Origin: Cyanophora paradoxa CCMP329
Lineage: Eukaryota; Plantae; Glaucophyta
NCBI GenBank assembly: GCA_004431415.1
Contig: QPMI01000420.1
Coordinates: 186,001-250,000 of the forward strand
Length of the DNA stretch: 64,000 nucleotides
Reading direction: 5' to 3'
Each line of letters begins with the position of its first letter. The first letter of the stretch is position 1. Both the position numbers and the translations under genes were made by a program. The notes below the pieces were generated by a model. The model was not told the DNA's origin. It did not search any database and worked only from the letters and a program-made list of their open reading frames with translations. This document shows positions 1 to 12,954 of this stretch, in pieces.

Positions 1-840
1 GTCGCCGATGGGCGACAGTCGCTGCGGCTTCCGTCTACTCGGCTACTAACAGCCTAGTAAGGCTAGTAACAGGCTAACAGCCAGCACCTGATCATGACTC
101 ATGAGCCGGCCGGCCTGCAGCTGTTCCGAAGTTCCCTCAGGGGCCAGGGCCCAGCCGCCCAGGGCCTGCCGCAGTGCCAATCGCTGGAGCGTAACCTGGT
201 ATGATCTAACACTCAATCTAGCGGTTTTTTTTGGCGGCCAAAATTTCATTGTTTCGAGTTGCATGAATCAAATTGTCATCTTGGACCGAATCTGATCAAC
301 TGATTATGAATCGGCTAATGATCTGATCATGAACTTGCCAGCTTCTGAACGCTGATCATGACCTGAATTTCATACAACGCTGACCTGCCCGGTGCTAGGC
401 GGCCTTCTAGGCCGGTGGCCGGGCCAGGATCATGGCAGGATGTGACTTGTCAAAGTTGTCACCGTGCTCGATACGACGATATCTGCAGCTGCAGCTGATC
501 AGGATATGACTTCAAGATGTGACTGAGCATGTCAAAATCTGATCGATGATCTCCCCTGCGGCCGGTCCCGCCTCTAGTTGTCGCAAGAGACCACCAAGGG
601 TCGCAGGGCTTGGAGTTCTGATCTAAATGAGTTGCTGTCACATGTGCACTTCAAACAAAAATGCATACAGCAGGCACTTCCATGCCTCGCCTCGCCTACT
701 GCATTCAACATATGCATTCAACGCAACCCTGACAGTAGTCTAGTGAAGCGAAATTCAAGCGCGACGCGGCGGGCGAATGATCGGAGATCTAGAGATGCAC
801 GAAGCTTCTAGCTAAAATAAATGTAAAATATCGGTTCCAG

Positions 841-3800
841 TTAAGGCTGCTCCTCGTCATCGAAGTTGAAGAAGAATCGGTGGATGTGCGGGCTCTTGTA
901 CACGACGTCCTGCGCGGCAGAGGCGGGGCGCGCGCCGCGCGGCGCCGTCAGCGACGGGAACCAAGAAAAGGAGCACAGGCTCGCTCGCTTCTATCTAGCT
1001 ATCTATCGGGCCTATAGATTATCGCGCTTCTTAGGACTGTACAACTAGAAGGGTGCCGACGACGTCGACGTCGACGGCGAGCGCGGAAGCTCAAGAGCCT
1101 CCTCCTTCTTCCCTCTCCGCGCCCCGCCCCGCCCGGCCCGCCCGCCCGCCCGCCCGCCCGCCCGCCCGAACCTTGGGGAACATGCGGAGGAGCTGGTCGA
1201 CGCGGGAGGACTCGTCGCGGAGGCGGCGGAGCATGGGGAGGAAGAGGAAGACGAAGAGGAGGGAGAGGAAGGCAACGTCGAAGGCGAGGATGCCGGCCTC
1301 GGCCAGCGTGATCGCCCCCAGCTGGATCTCCGACTCGTCCACGAAGAGCCGCGCCGAGCGCGACAGGCCGTCGTCTGAGGAGAGGGGTCGGGAGGGCGGG
1401 GCGGGGGCGCGCGGGGGCGGGGGCGGGGGCGGGGCGGGGCGCACCGAGGTCGCCGTTGTCGACCTGGGTCATCATGCGGACCGCGAGCGAGGCCTGCCAG
1501 ACGGGCGCGGTCGGTCGGACGGTCGGGCGGGCGGGCGCGCGGGCGGGCGGGCGGCGGGCGGCGGGGGGAGAGCGCGCACCTCGACGCCGGCGTAGTCGGC
1601 GACCTTCGGCTTCGGGGCGGGGACGCTCGTGTGCGGCTGGAAGGCGTAGGGCACGAGCAGGTCCGGCGCGCACTCCTGCGGGCGGCAGACGGGAGGCGAG
1701 GTCAGGAACAGACAGAGCCGGGCGGGCCCTGCCCGGCTTCGCTTCGGGAGCCGTGGCCGCGCACCTGGATGATGGGGATGACGAGGTCGACGAACTGGGC
1801 GACGAGGAGGTCCAGCCCGTTGTTCACCAGCCTGCGCCCCGCCCCGCCCCGCTCGCTCGGCGCGGGGACGGGGGCGCGGGGGCGGAGGGCAGCGAGCGCA
1901 CTCGAGGTCGGCGACGCGGTCCGGCGTGCAGAGCGCCGCGTCCGTCCGGAGGCAGCCTGCGTGCGGCCAAACCCGTCAGAGCGCCGCTGGCGTAGGGGCG
2001 GGGGGCGGGGGGCGGGGGCGGGGGCGCGGGGCGGGGGCGGGGGCGGGCGCACCGGCGTCGTACATGATCTGGTCCTGGGGCTTGTAGCGCTTGTCGGCCC
2101 CGGGGAGCCGCAGCGAGCTGTTCCCGAACTTGAGGCCCTGCGCGGCGCGCCGGCGCGGCCCGGCTCGGATCAGCGGTGTTGTGTGTGTGTGTGCGCGCGC
2201 GCGGCTGAGCAGAGGGGCCGGGGCGCGCCGCCTGCACGGTGCGCAGGTCCTCGGCCGACTGGCGCAGGCGCGCGAAGATCGCCTCCCGAGGCCCGAAGAG
2301 GCCGTCTGCACAGACACGCGTCAGCGCGAGACGTCGGGGCCGGGGCCTAAGCCGAGCGGGGCGGGGACAGAAGGAAAGAAGGAAGGCAAGGGGCGGACCG
2401 TTTATGTAGAGCTCGCGGGAGAGGAAGTAGATCTCGCGGGCGAGGTACCGCCGCTGCCCCGCCGCCTCCAGCTCCGACGCGAAGCCCTTGCCCGCCTCCA
2501 GAACGAAGAACGCGATCTGGCGGCGCGCGCGCGGGCGGGCGGCGTCGTCAAGGCTCGTAAAGGGGAGGCGAGAGCTGCAGGAGCTGCGTGGCCGGGGCCG
2601 GGGTCGCACGAGGAAGTTTGCGAGGGCGACGGCGCCGATGAGGACGAAGGCGAGTAGGTACTTGCGGGTGAGCGAGTCGAGGATGTCCTCCCCGCGCCCC
2701 TCGTCCTCCTCCCCGCCCCCCTTCTTCGCGTGCGCGTGCCCCTTCCCCTGCTTGCCTTGGTCCGAGCGGCCCGTCACCAGCCCGCGCCCCGCCAGCGCCT
2801 CCTCCGCCGCCCGCGCCGCCGCCGCCCCGGCCGCCGCCCGCGCCGCCGCCCCGCGTCGAGCTCCGCCGCCGAGCGCTGGCGCGTCGCCACGAGCGCGGCG
2901 GCCATGCCCGAGGCCGGCTCCGGCACCGGCAGCACGGGCCGCCGCGCGGTGCGGCGCCGCAGCACGCCCGTGACGCGCAGGCCCATCCCCGAGGCGATGG
3001 CGCTGTCGTTCGGCAGCGCCGCCGCCGGGTCGGCCGTGCCCGCCGGCTGCACCGTCGCCGCCGGCGTGGGCTTGAGCGACGAGCGGCGGCCGACGCGCCT
3101 GGACGCCTTCGGGCCCTCCTCCCCCTCCTCCTGGCCCTCCGCGGCATCGGCGCCCTTCTCCCCCGCCTCCTCCTCGCCGTCGCTCTTGCCCTTCTTGCTC
3201 CGGTGCGTGTGGCCCTCCTTCTTGCTGCGGTGCGTGTGGCCCTCCTTCTTGCTCCTGTGCGAGTGGCTGTGGTGCCGGCCGGTCTCGTCCCCCTCCTCTT
3301 CGCCCTTCTTCTTATCGCGCTTGCTCTTCCGCCCCGTCGATTTGCCATCAACCGCCGCTACCGCCGCGGCCGCCGCCCGGGCAGCCGCGTCCTCGCCGCC
3401 AGAGCCGGCCGTCTCCTCCCCTTCCGCCTCCCCCTCGGCGATCGGCGCGGGCGCCGCCGCCGCCGCCTCCTCTCCCGCCCCGGCCCCCGCTCCGGCCTCC
3501 GCCTCCGCCTCGCCCGCCAGGACGCTCTCGCGGCGGGCCTGCGGACGCCGTCAGCCGTCAGCCGTCAGCCGGCAGCCGGCAGCCGGCGCGCCCGCGAGGG
3601 CGAGGGCGAGGGCGAGGGCGAGGCGGGCCGAGCGGCACGCACCCGGTGCTTGGCCGTGCCGCGGAGGACGATGCTGTGCTGCGAGGCGCCGCCAGGCGCG
3701 CCCCGGCGCAGGCCGCCCTCCTCCCCTGCCTCCTCCTCCTCCTCCTCGTCCTCGTCGCCGCCCCTCCGCCGCGCCTTCTTCAGCTTCTTCTCCTTCCTCT

Positions 3801-6800
3801 TCTTCTTCTTGCGCCGCTCGCCGCCCTCCTCCCCGTCCCCCGCGGCGCTCCCGGCCTCCTCCTCCTCCTCGTCGTCGCCGTCGCGGTCGCGGCGCCGGCC
3901 CGAGCGGTCGCTCGCGCTGCTCTTCTCCGACTCGTCTGCGGCGCGCCGGGCTCGCCTCTTCTTCTCCTTCCAGAACAGAGCGGCGGGCGGGCGCGCGCAC
4001 TGTCGGAGCCTGCGTCCTGCGAGTCGTTGTCGTCGTCGTCGTCGTCGTCGTCGTCGATCTCGTACTCGTTGCCGGCGGCGCCCGCCGCCCCGGCCTCGCC
4101 CTCCGCGCCGTGGCCGTGCCCGTGCCCGTGGCGCCGCTCCGGCCCGCCCTTGAAGCCCTTGATCTTGGCGTAGCGCCGGCCCATCTGCGCGACGGTCAGC
4201 GCCCGCCCCGCCCCCCCGCCCGCCCGCCCGCCCGCCCGATCCGCCGGGCGCACCTTTTTGAGGGAGTGCTTGGAGAGGCCGGTGAGGATGGTGCTGATGC
4301 CCTGCATCGTGCCCCGCACCTTGCGGAACGCGGGGCTGCGCGCGCGCGCCGAGAGCGGTCAGAGCCGGCCGCGTCGCGCCGCCCCGCGCGGCCCCGCGCG
4401 GCCGCACCGGAAGACGGCGAAGGTGAGGACGAGGAGCGTGGCGATGCGGAAGGCCATCACGCAGCCGAAGATGATCTTCGACGTGTCGCTGCGCGGCCCC
4501 GCCGGTCAGCGGAGGCGCAGCGGGTAGGCCCCGCCGCCCGGCCGCCCGGCCCCGCGCACATGATGGTGTAGACCTCGGTGGTGAAGGCGGTGTTGAGGCC
4601 GGCGATGGCGTCCAGCACGCTCCCCAGCGAGTTGTTCTGAAGGCGAGGGCGTCAGTCAGCCAGTTCTGCGGGGGCGAGAGGGCGGGGGCGGGGGCTGGGG
4701 GCGCGCCATCAGGAAGAGGACATCGACGAGGGCGCCCGGGTTGTGGAACTTCTCGATCACCGTCGTGTACGCCAGCCGCCTGCGCGGAGAGGCGCGGAGG
4801 GGCGTTGAGGGGCGTGTTAGAGCGTTCGTTCCTTCGGGAGGGCTGGGGGAGGCGGGCGCACTTGGCCTTCATGATCCAGACGTTGCCGACGTCCCACACC
4901 GAGCGCATGTCGATGCGCCTGTACTCGGGCGCCCCGCTCGCCGTCGCCGGCAGCACCCTGCGCCGCCCTAAGCAGCCGGAGAGCGACCGGGGGGAGAAGA
5001 GGAGGAGGAGGGTACAGCTCCCGCTCACCGGATCAGGGGTATGTCGTCCTTCTTCCAGAACGCGACCGTGTTCGGATCCTTGCTCGGCAGAATGCCGACC
5101 TCTGCGCGCGCCCCCGGATCGGCGACGGCGAGCACCTCGTACCCCCCCTCAGGACCGCAAAAAGGCGTACCCGGGAAGCCGTGGTAGAGGCCGTAGTGGT
5201 CCCCGTGGAAATCCTCCGCGCGGATTCGAAGCTCGTCCGCCTGCGGGCCGCGTTCGGCGATGCGGCGGCGGCGGGGACGGGGGCTACGGCGCCGCACGTG
5301 TTGGCGGAACTCGACGGAGTTGTTCCGCAGCGCGGAGAGGTGCATGCTGCGCATGAAGCTCTGCGCAGGGCGGCGCGGCGTGAGCGGGCGCGGGGCGGGC
5401 GCGGGGGCGGGCGGGGCGGGGCGGGGCGGGTGGGAAAGGGCGGGCGGGCGCACGTTGGCGGCGACGATGCGGCGCCGCTGGTAGCTCGCCACGCGCATGA
5501 GGTACATCGCGTTCGTGTACTGCCCGAAGAGCACCCTGCGAAGGCGCCGCGATCAGCCTTGAGCCGAGCTCGAGCCAAGCGGAAGCGGAGGGGCCGGCGC
5601 GGAGGGCACTTGACGACGATGTACATGCCGGCGGCGCTGCCCGCCAGGAGGATGAGGCCTGCGGACGGGGCGGGGCGGGCCGCCCGGGTCAGCAAGCAGA
5701 GCAGGCGGGCGGGCCGACGGCAGCGGCGGCGGCGGCGGCGGCGGCGGCTGCGCTCGGCCCCGTCCACAAACAAAAGGGGGGCGGACCGAGGATGACGCCG
5801 TAGCCGAGGCGGCGGACGGCGACGACGTCGGTGGAGCGGAGGCGGAGCTCCTCGCCGCGCCGCCCGCGGCCCTTCTGCGACGAGTTGTGCGACGACGAGC
5901 CGCCCTGCGACGAGGGCGGGGAGGGGACGAGGGGTCAGGCCCCGGGGGGAGCGCGCGGTCGCCGAGGGCGCGGCGAGGCGAGGCGAGGCGCGAGGCGCGA
6001 GCACCTGCGAGGAGCTGTTGTCCCCCGTGCTCGCCGAGTTCTCATCGTCGTCCTTGGTCCCCGCGTGGCTCCGCCGCCCCGCCGCCGAGGCCTTGTCCCC
6101 CGCGCGGTCGCGCCCGCCCATCATCCGCGCCGCGTTCTCCTCCTCCTCGATCTCGTCGGCGCGGAGGTACATGTTCTGGGCGTTGACGGGGTCGTTGGCG
6201 CAGTGCTCCAGGAAGTGGCCGTAGGCGCGCAGGACGAGCCGCGAGCGCGGGAATCGGTCCAGGAGCGTCCTGTACGCCTTGGTCGCCGCCTTGCGCGCCG
6301 CGTCGATGGAGGAGAGGCGGGCGGGCACGTCCGAGAGCGCCCCCTGCACCACCAGGTTCTTCTTGGAGAGCGTGTGCCAGAAGCCCTTCAGCTGCTTCAG
6401 GCACGTCGCGTGCTGCCCCCGCGCCAGCGCGTACAGCCGCTGCGCGGGGCGCGGCGCGCGTCGGGGGAAGGGGAAAGGGGCGCGCGGGGGCTCGAACTCG
6501 AACCCGGTTCTCGATGGAGCTGAAGACGTCGTCCTGGCCCGAGGCGCCGCTGTGGTTCTCCGCCTCGAAATACCTGCCCCGGCGCGTCGGCCCAGGCGAA
6601 GGCGGGGGCGGAGGGCGGGCGCGGCGCACGCGCGGAGGACGTAGGCGGCGTAGCGATTGTCGGCGGTCGGCTCCGTCCGGGCCACGCCCTTGAGCTCCTG
6701 CGGGCGCGGCCGCGTCAGCTCAGCCACGCCGGCGCCGGAAGATCGGCCGGGCCGGGCCGGGCGGCGGCGCGCCTGCACGGCCTGGATCGCCGCCTTCTTG

Positions 6801-8362
6801 CGCCAGCGGAGGAAGGCGGCGTAGGAGACGAGGACGTAGGCGGAGGTGGGGTACTGGGCCAGCCCGGCCTTGTACAGCCGCTCCGCGTCGGCGATGGCCG
6901 CCTCCGTGTCCCCCTCCGTCCGCAGAAACCTGCGCCGCAGCCGCTGAGCCCAGGCGAGGACTCGTGCGGGCGGGCGGGCAGGCGGGCGAGCGCGGGGGCG
7001 CGCCTGGTGGCGAGCTCGACCTCCATCTCGTTGCGGAACGCGACGGCGTCGGCGGCGGTCTTGCCCTCCGCCTCCGCCTGCGCCGCCCGCCCCCGCAGCT
7101 TCGCCAGGTGCCGCGCCCGCAGCTTCACCACCGCCACGCCCACCACCGCCGCCGCCGGCGCCGCTGCGAGGAAGAGGCCCGTCGCCGCCCCCGCGTTCTA
7201 CGGGCGAGTCCCGAGTGAGGCACCGATGCGGAGCGGAATGGGAAGGCCGCGGGCCCCGCGGGCCAGCGGAAGCACGCACCTCGCCGGCGCTGGGGAGGAT
7301 GACGCCGCCGAGGCACAGCGCGATGCCGCCGGCCCAGGTGCCGCCCTTGATCTCGTTCAGCACGGGGTTGTAGTACGGGAGCGTGTTGAGGAGCCAGTAG
7401 AACATGAGGCAGGTGGCGGCGAGGAGGGCCCAGTTGAGGGCGACGGACGTGTAGGGGAAGGCGGCGCAGACGGCGACCAGCGCGAACTTGTAGAGGAGCT
7501 CGGGCAGGTGGAAGCGCGAGTGCGGGCGGGCCTCCCAGTCGTCCGAGTGGATGTTAAAGTCGCACGGGGCGGACACGAGCACGATCGCCGCCGGCACGAG
7601 GAACGAGAGGACGGCGGCGCCCACGGCGACGTAGAACGCCCACTGGCCCTTCGGGCACTCGAAGAGCGGCTTGCCGGCGCCCGGCGAGGTCCCGTAGACC
7701 CAGTCCGTGGCGCCGCACATGAAGGGCGCCGCCATCATCTTCAGGACGGCGATCAGGAGTAACTTCATCAGCACGTTCGTCGTCACGCGGAAGTAGCGGG
7801 CCGACTTCACCGGCGCGCCCTGCCGCTGCGCGGGCGTGAGGGGCGGCGCCGCTGGGCGGGGGGCGCGGTGCGGGGCTCCGTTCGCACCCGGAGGCGGTAC
7901 ACGACGTAGGCGAGCAGCAGGACGTCGACAAGCATCGCCACGACGGACATCCAGAAGAATGCCTTGTAGTTCTCGAAGTTGTTCCCGATAAGCAGGTTGT
8001 ACACGTCGATGTACGATAGTACCTTCGACGTGACGCGCGTGTCGTAGCCTAGGCGGCCCGCCGCATCAAGCGACCACCGCGGGGCGCGAAGCCGCGCGCT
8101 GCGCACCTCCGTGGGCGCCGACCAACAGCGCGTACACCTGAAACGCGTCAAGGACCATGTATGTGATCAGCAGGACCGTTGTCTTCCGCTTGATCACCCT
8201 CCACTTCTGCGTCTGCGCGGCGGAGATTGAGCAGAGGAAGATCCTGGTCGTTGCCGCCCCACGGACCCGGATGTTGTCCACGAAGTGCATCGCGTTCCAG
8301 AGCGCCTCCTCCCAGCGCATCCAGCCGGACTGGCGTGCATCCCCCGCTAGATGGAGCGCCAT
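841..8362 (-). CDS. TmcB/TmcC (tiny macrocysts)-like multi-pass membrane protein, more than 20 exons
   Basis: Spliced by hand from ATG 8362 (MALHLAGD...WEEALWNAMHFV) to TAA 843-841 (...LLRMFPK|DVVYKSPHIHRFFFNFDDEEQP*). Family-typical parts: N-terminal TM bundle ending LPYYNPVLN; VELATRF; TPR-like helices (AERLYKAGLAQYPTSAYVLVSYAAF; AYRTLLDRFPRSRLVLRAYGHFLEHCANDP); later TM-pair/extracellular modules (HYGLYHG, GLKFG). No PAS domain seen. One apparent 1-nt frameshift near 2850. Confidence 0.85.
3188..3275 (-). repeat. 27-bp coding tandem repeat, about 3 copies (H[ST]HRSKKEG), inside the TmcB-like gene
   Basis: cttcttgctNcggtgcgtgtggccctc is repeated on the + strand in the low-complexity exon. 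Confidence 0.8.
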
Positions 8363-8868
8363 CTTGGCTTCTGCACTAGTTGCGAGGCAGCCTGTGCTAT
8401 GCTTGGGGCGAGTGCCCCCGGTTGCTCGACCCGCTAGCTAAGCCTTTCGCCGGGCTTCAGGGATACGATCTATGGCAGGCTTTCATCGCTGGAGGGCTGG
8501 AGCGCGTCGGGGCGCGGTGTGAGTCCGGGAGCAACTTTGCGGTGGCTAGGGGGGATTGTGACGTGTCGGGGGTACGCGAGAGAGCGCGAACGAAGTGGTT
8601 GGCCATCGGCCCGGGGGCCCCGGCTCGGCGACGGCCGGGCTGCAGCTAGCACTAAGCCCTATATAGCTAGACCTGCGCTTCCGAACGTGAACACCCGGGT
8701 CCCAGCTGCAGAGCAAGTGCCGTGCGCTGCGGACCGTCGGACGCCGCGCGCGGGCGCCGTTTTTGAACTGGTGACCTCGAGCGCGCGGCGCAGTCTTGAG
8801 AAACGCTAGATATAGTACAGGCCACATGCATGTACGGCAGTGCGCACTGCGGCAGCAGCGGGGCGCAT

Positions 8869-11800
8869 CTAGGCGCCCTTGAGCTTATCGCGATCGTCGC
8901 GCCCCGCGGCCGCCGCCGGGGGCGCATGCGCAGCGCCGGCGCCCGCCGCGCCGGGCCCTGCAGGCCGCCGGTACATCACGAAGCCGACGTCGACGTACTC
9001 CCGCACCGCCCGCGCGATCGCCTGCGGGGGTACACGTCGACGCCGGCGCGGGAAACAGGGGGGGGGGGGTGAAGAGGGGGAGATCACCTTCTCGAGGGCG
9101 CCGGCGGAGCGAACAGAGCGCTCTCGCGCCCACTCGCGCTTTCTCGCCTCCACCCCCGCCGGCTTCAGCGCCCGGTACTGCCCGCGGGTCAGGGTCGGGG
9201 CGAAGGGGAGGATTCCCGGAGGAAAGGGAGGGGGGTACACTCGCCTGCAGGTCGTCCAGGAGCCACCCGAGGAGGCAGGCGAGCCGGGGGTACGACGACG
9301 CCGCGCGGACGGCCACGCGCCAGGCCTGCCCGCGCGTAAGGGAAGGGGGCGGGAAAGGGGCGACCCGGGGACTCGAACCTGGTACTCGGAGGCGTCGGAG
9401 CGGACGACGTGCTCGGAGCGGCCCCGAAGGTCCTGCAGGCTCGCCTCTGGAGCGCGGAGTCGGCAGCGGAAGGAATGCTACGGCGGTTCGGGTGCGGGGG
9501 GGTACCGAGGGTGAAGAGGGCGTTCGTAAGGACGCCGACAACGGCCCGCCGTATCTGGCTCCTTTCGCGCTCTGGCGGAGCCGTCAGGGGTACGCGGAAA
9601 GGGGCGGCGGGGGTACGGGGCACCGCGGCGGTAGATGGCGCCGGCGGCGGCGGCGGCGCGGGCGGCCGACTCCTCCGCGGCGCCCCAGGCCGAGTGGCTG
9701 GTGTCGCGCGAGGTCGGGAGGGGGTGGAGCTCGGAGGGGTACGCCCAGTTCCTGCGGCGGCGGGGGGAGGGGTACGTAAGCTTCGAGCGGGGCGAGCGAG
9801 GCGAAGAGGCGGGGCGGGGAGGGGGCGGACGGACATCGCGGCGAGGGCGGGGGAGGAGGCGGGGCCGGTGGCGGGGGGCAGGGCGACGAGGACGGGGGCG
9901 GCGCCGGCGCGCGGGGCGGGGCGGGCGGCGCGGACGGCCGAGAGCGCCTCGCAGGCCTCGACGACCACCACCGCCTTCTCGGGCTGCGCGACCCGTTAGC
10001 TTCTGTCTTCGCCGCTCTCTTCCGCCTCTTCGTTCGCACCTGGCCGGGTCGCCGCCAGAGGGCGGCGTCTCCCGGGGACCACGTCCGCGAGGAGGAGGAG
10101 GAGGAGCTGGAAGTCGCCGCCCCGGCCTCCGCCGCCCGCGGCGCCACCTGTGTAGGCATGAGTGGAGAGCGCGGGCGGGCGGGCGGCCGGGCGGGGAGGT
10201 GGGCACCGCGGCGAAGAGCTGCCGGCGGGCCGCGGAGGCGACGTCCTCCAGGGCGTCCGCCCCCGGCACGACGGCGTTGACCGTCGGGCCGGCCGGCCTC
10301 CCCGCCCCCGCCGCCGCCGGAGCCCGGGGCTTCGCCGCGACCGCTTCTTCCTTGGCCGCCCCCGCCCCCGCCTCCGCCTCGCCGCCTTCCTCGCCCTCCT
10401 CCTCCCCAGAGGAGGACGAGGAGGACGAGGAAGCGGCGGCCGCACTCGCCCGGCTCGGCCGCCGCGCCTCGCCGGCCTTGGAGCCGCCCTGCGCGTACTG
10501 GGCGAGCAGGGGCCGAAGCTTTGCCAGCACTCCCTGCGCGTGCCTGCGCCCGCCCCGCTCAGTGCGGGACCGGCTAGAGCACATGATCAGCACTCGCAGG
10601 CCGGGCGAACTTCAGGCATGCGGAGCCGTCGGACAGGTCGGGGAGGGGCTTCAGGGGTACGCCGTTGGGGCACATCTGCTTGTACCAGGCCTCCCCCGCG
10701 TAGGCTGGGCGCGAGGGGGGTACGTACGTCGGCGCGCTCCGATCCGCTCGGGGGGGGGAGGGGGGGGCGGACCCGAGGCGGGGTAGTTGAGAGGCGGGCC
10801 GGCGTCCCCTGTCCCGTACACAGCGATGCGGGCCCGGTCGTAGCAGCGCGCAGCCCCCTCCTGCGGGGTACGCGCTCGGCCGGGGTGCGGCGAGGCCGGG
10901 CGGCCGGGCGGGCGGGCGGGCGGGTGGGCAGGCGCACGCGGGTGGTGCAGCTGACGACGTGGTGGGTGCGGGGCCGGACCCACAGGATCGCGCTCCAGCG
11001 TCCGTCCTAGGAGCACGCAAAGTTGGCGGGCGGGCAGGAAGGGGCGGGGGGAGGATCGCTCGCCTTCCCAGTGACGCCGCGAAACGCCCGTTTGGACTCG
11101 GCGGAGTCCGAGGGGCGCGCCGGGCGCCGTTTCGCGGGCGCCCCGCTGGCCCCCTCCTCCTCCTCGACCCCCCCCTCCTCTTCCCCCCCCTCCCCGTCCT
11201 CCTCTTCGGATCCCGACGCCTCCTCTTCCTCCTCCTCCGCCTCCTCCCGCCCAGACTTGCGCTGCCCCGGCGCCGGCGGCCGCCGCGAGGGCCCCGCGGC
11301 CGGCGTCTTCGAGAGGAGCGCCTCCGCCTGTTCTGCGGTCTGGCGGGGGAGGGGAAACGGCGTCGTCGGCCGCGGCCGCGTCAACGGCGGGCGGGCCGGC
11401 AGCGCACCGACTGGCGCGCCCACTTGGACACAACGCCCTCCTCCTGCGAACAAAGTCAGCGAGCGCTGCTGCGGGGGAGGGCGAAGAGAGGGGGGGCGCG
11501 GGCCTGCAGCCAAGCGATGGCGCGGCGGACGACGTAGTTCGCCTGCGAAACGTGAGCCCGGCCCGAGCGGCGCGCGGGGCCCGGCAAGGCCCGGCGCGCG
11601 CACCGCCTCCTTGCTCCCTCGGTCGAAGCCCGGGTCCCGGTATCCAACCGCCGGCCCCTCGCCCTTCGCGGGGAAGAACTTTCTGTACCACGGCTCGGCC
11701 TGCGGGCCGGCCCCTGAGCCGGCCTGCCCGCGACGGGCGGGGGGGGGCGGGGGGTACACTCGCCTCATACACGGAGAGAGGAAAGTTGAGCGCAACGTCG

Positions 11801-12954
11801 CCAGGGGGGCTGCCAACGATGACGAGGATCGTACCTGGGGTACGTGAGGGTTGGGGAGGGGAGCGGGAAGGGGGTACACGGAACGCACGGTCGCGCTCCT
11901 TCGCAGCGTCGACGAGGGATGCCGCGGAGGGAAGGTGCACGTGGGCGCGCATCATGTTCACCTGATCGCCGCTCAGGTGAGCAGAACCTCGGAGGGAGGG
12001 GGGGTACGGCGTCTCGGACCTGCCCGCGGAACTTGTTGGAGGAGCCGGCGCGGGCCACACCGAGGAAGTCCGCCTCGCTCTCGCCCTTCGTGCGCTTCGT
12101 GGAGGGCCCCGCCTGCGGCTCCGCTTTCGGAGGGGACCGCTTGGGCGCCGCCGGGGCCTTGGGCGGCGACCGCTTCTTGGCGGCGACGACGACCGCCTTG
12201 ACGGCGCCCGCCGCTGCGCTCGCGGGGGCGGCGACCGCCCGCACGGAGCCCGCCGCCGCGCCCGCCGCTGCGCCGACCTTCGGGACGGCCCCTGAGTTCT
12301 GCGGCGGCGCGCAGTGAGCGGGCGGGCGGGCTGCGGGCGCGAGGTCGCGGGGGCGGGCGGGCCTGCAGGTACTCGACGGTGCGCTTGAGGACGCCCCGCG
12401 CCTCGGAGAGCGTCAGGCGCTCGCCGCGCTCGACGGACTCGGCGAGCTTCGGGTCCCAGAAGCCGATGTTCTGCGCGAAGCAGTTCTCCTCCTCGAAGAG
12501 CTTTCGGTACCACGCTGCGCCCCGCGCTCAGCGGCGCGGCGCGTGCGGTTGCGAGCGGCCGTCCGCACGCTCTTTCTTGAACCGGGAGACAGGATGAAAC
12601 GTGCGCCCCTGCGCGACCTCCGGGCCCAGCAGCGCGATGATCGTACCTGCACGGCCCGGGCGCACGCGGCGGTCGGCATCGATATCGACGGAGGCACGTT
12701 GGGCGAGCGCCCCAGCGCGCGCGGCACTCACGGTCCCGGAACAGCTTGGCCTCCGCGAGGTCGCGGGCGGGAGGCAGGGCGATCCGCGTCGAGTTCCAGT
12801 TTACGCTGATCGAAATCCCCGGCTTGTGAGCGCGGTCCGCAGCTGGAACGAGCTTCACGCCTTCCAGCGCCTCGTCCTCCGAATCGAGGTCGATGTCCTC
12901 GCCAGACTCGTCGGAGCTGCTGAGGTCAACCTGCCGGCGCCGTTTCGGCCCCAT
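8869..12954 (-). CDS. Protein with three AP2/ERF-like domains (putative transcription factor)
   Basis: ATG 12954 (MGPKRRRQ, NLS-like). Spliced repeat 3 = FRGVTGKDGRWSAILWVRPRTHHVVSCTTREGAARCYDRARIAVYGTGDAGPPLNYPASAY. Repeat 2 = FLGVARAGSSNKFRGQVNMMRAHVHLPSAASLVDAAKERDRTILVIVGSPPGDVALNFPLSVY. Repeat 1 is degenerate (LPPARDLAEAKLFRDRTIIALLG). Repeats 2 and 3 match the AP2 pattern RGV..W.A.I..AA..YD.A..G..LNFP. C-terminal exons are less certain. Confidence 0.8.

Noticed and set aside
80-730. tgatcatga-rich region with hAT-like ends (aacgctg at ~382, aaccctg at ~731)
   Set aside because: No matching partner TIR or TSD inside the window.
2140-10600. Further candidate GC donors near 2228, 6771 and 10598
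   Set aside because: Ambiguous: an in-frame GT alternative or several possible donors exist, so they were not counted.
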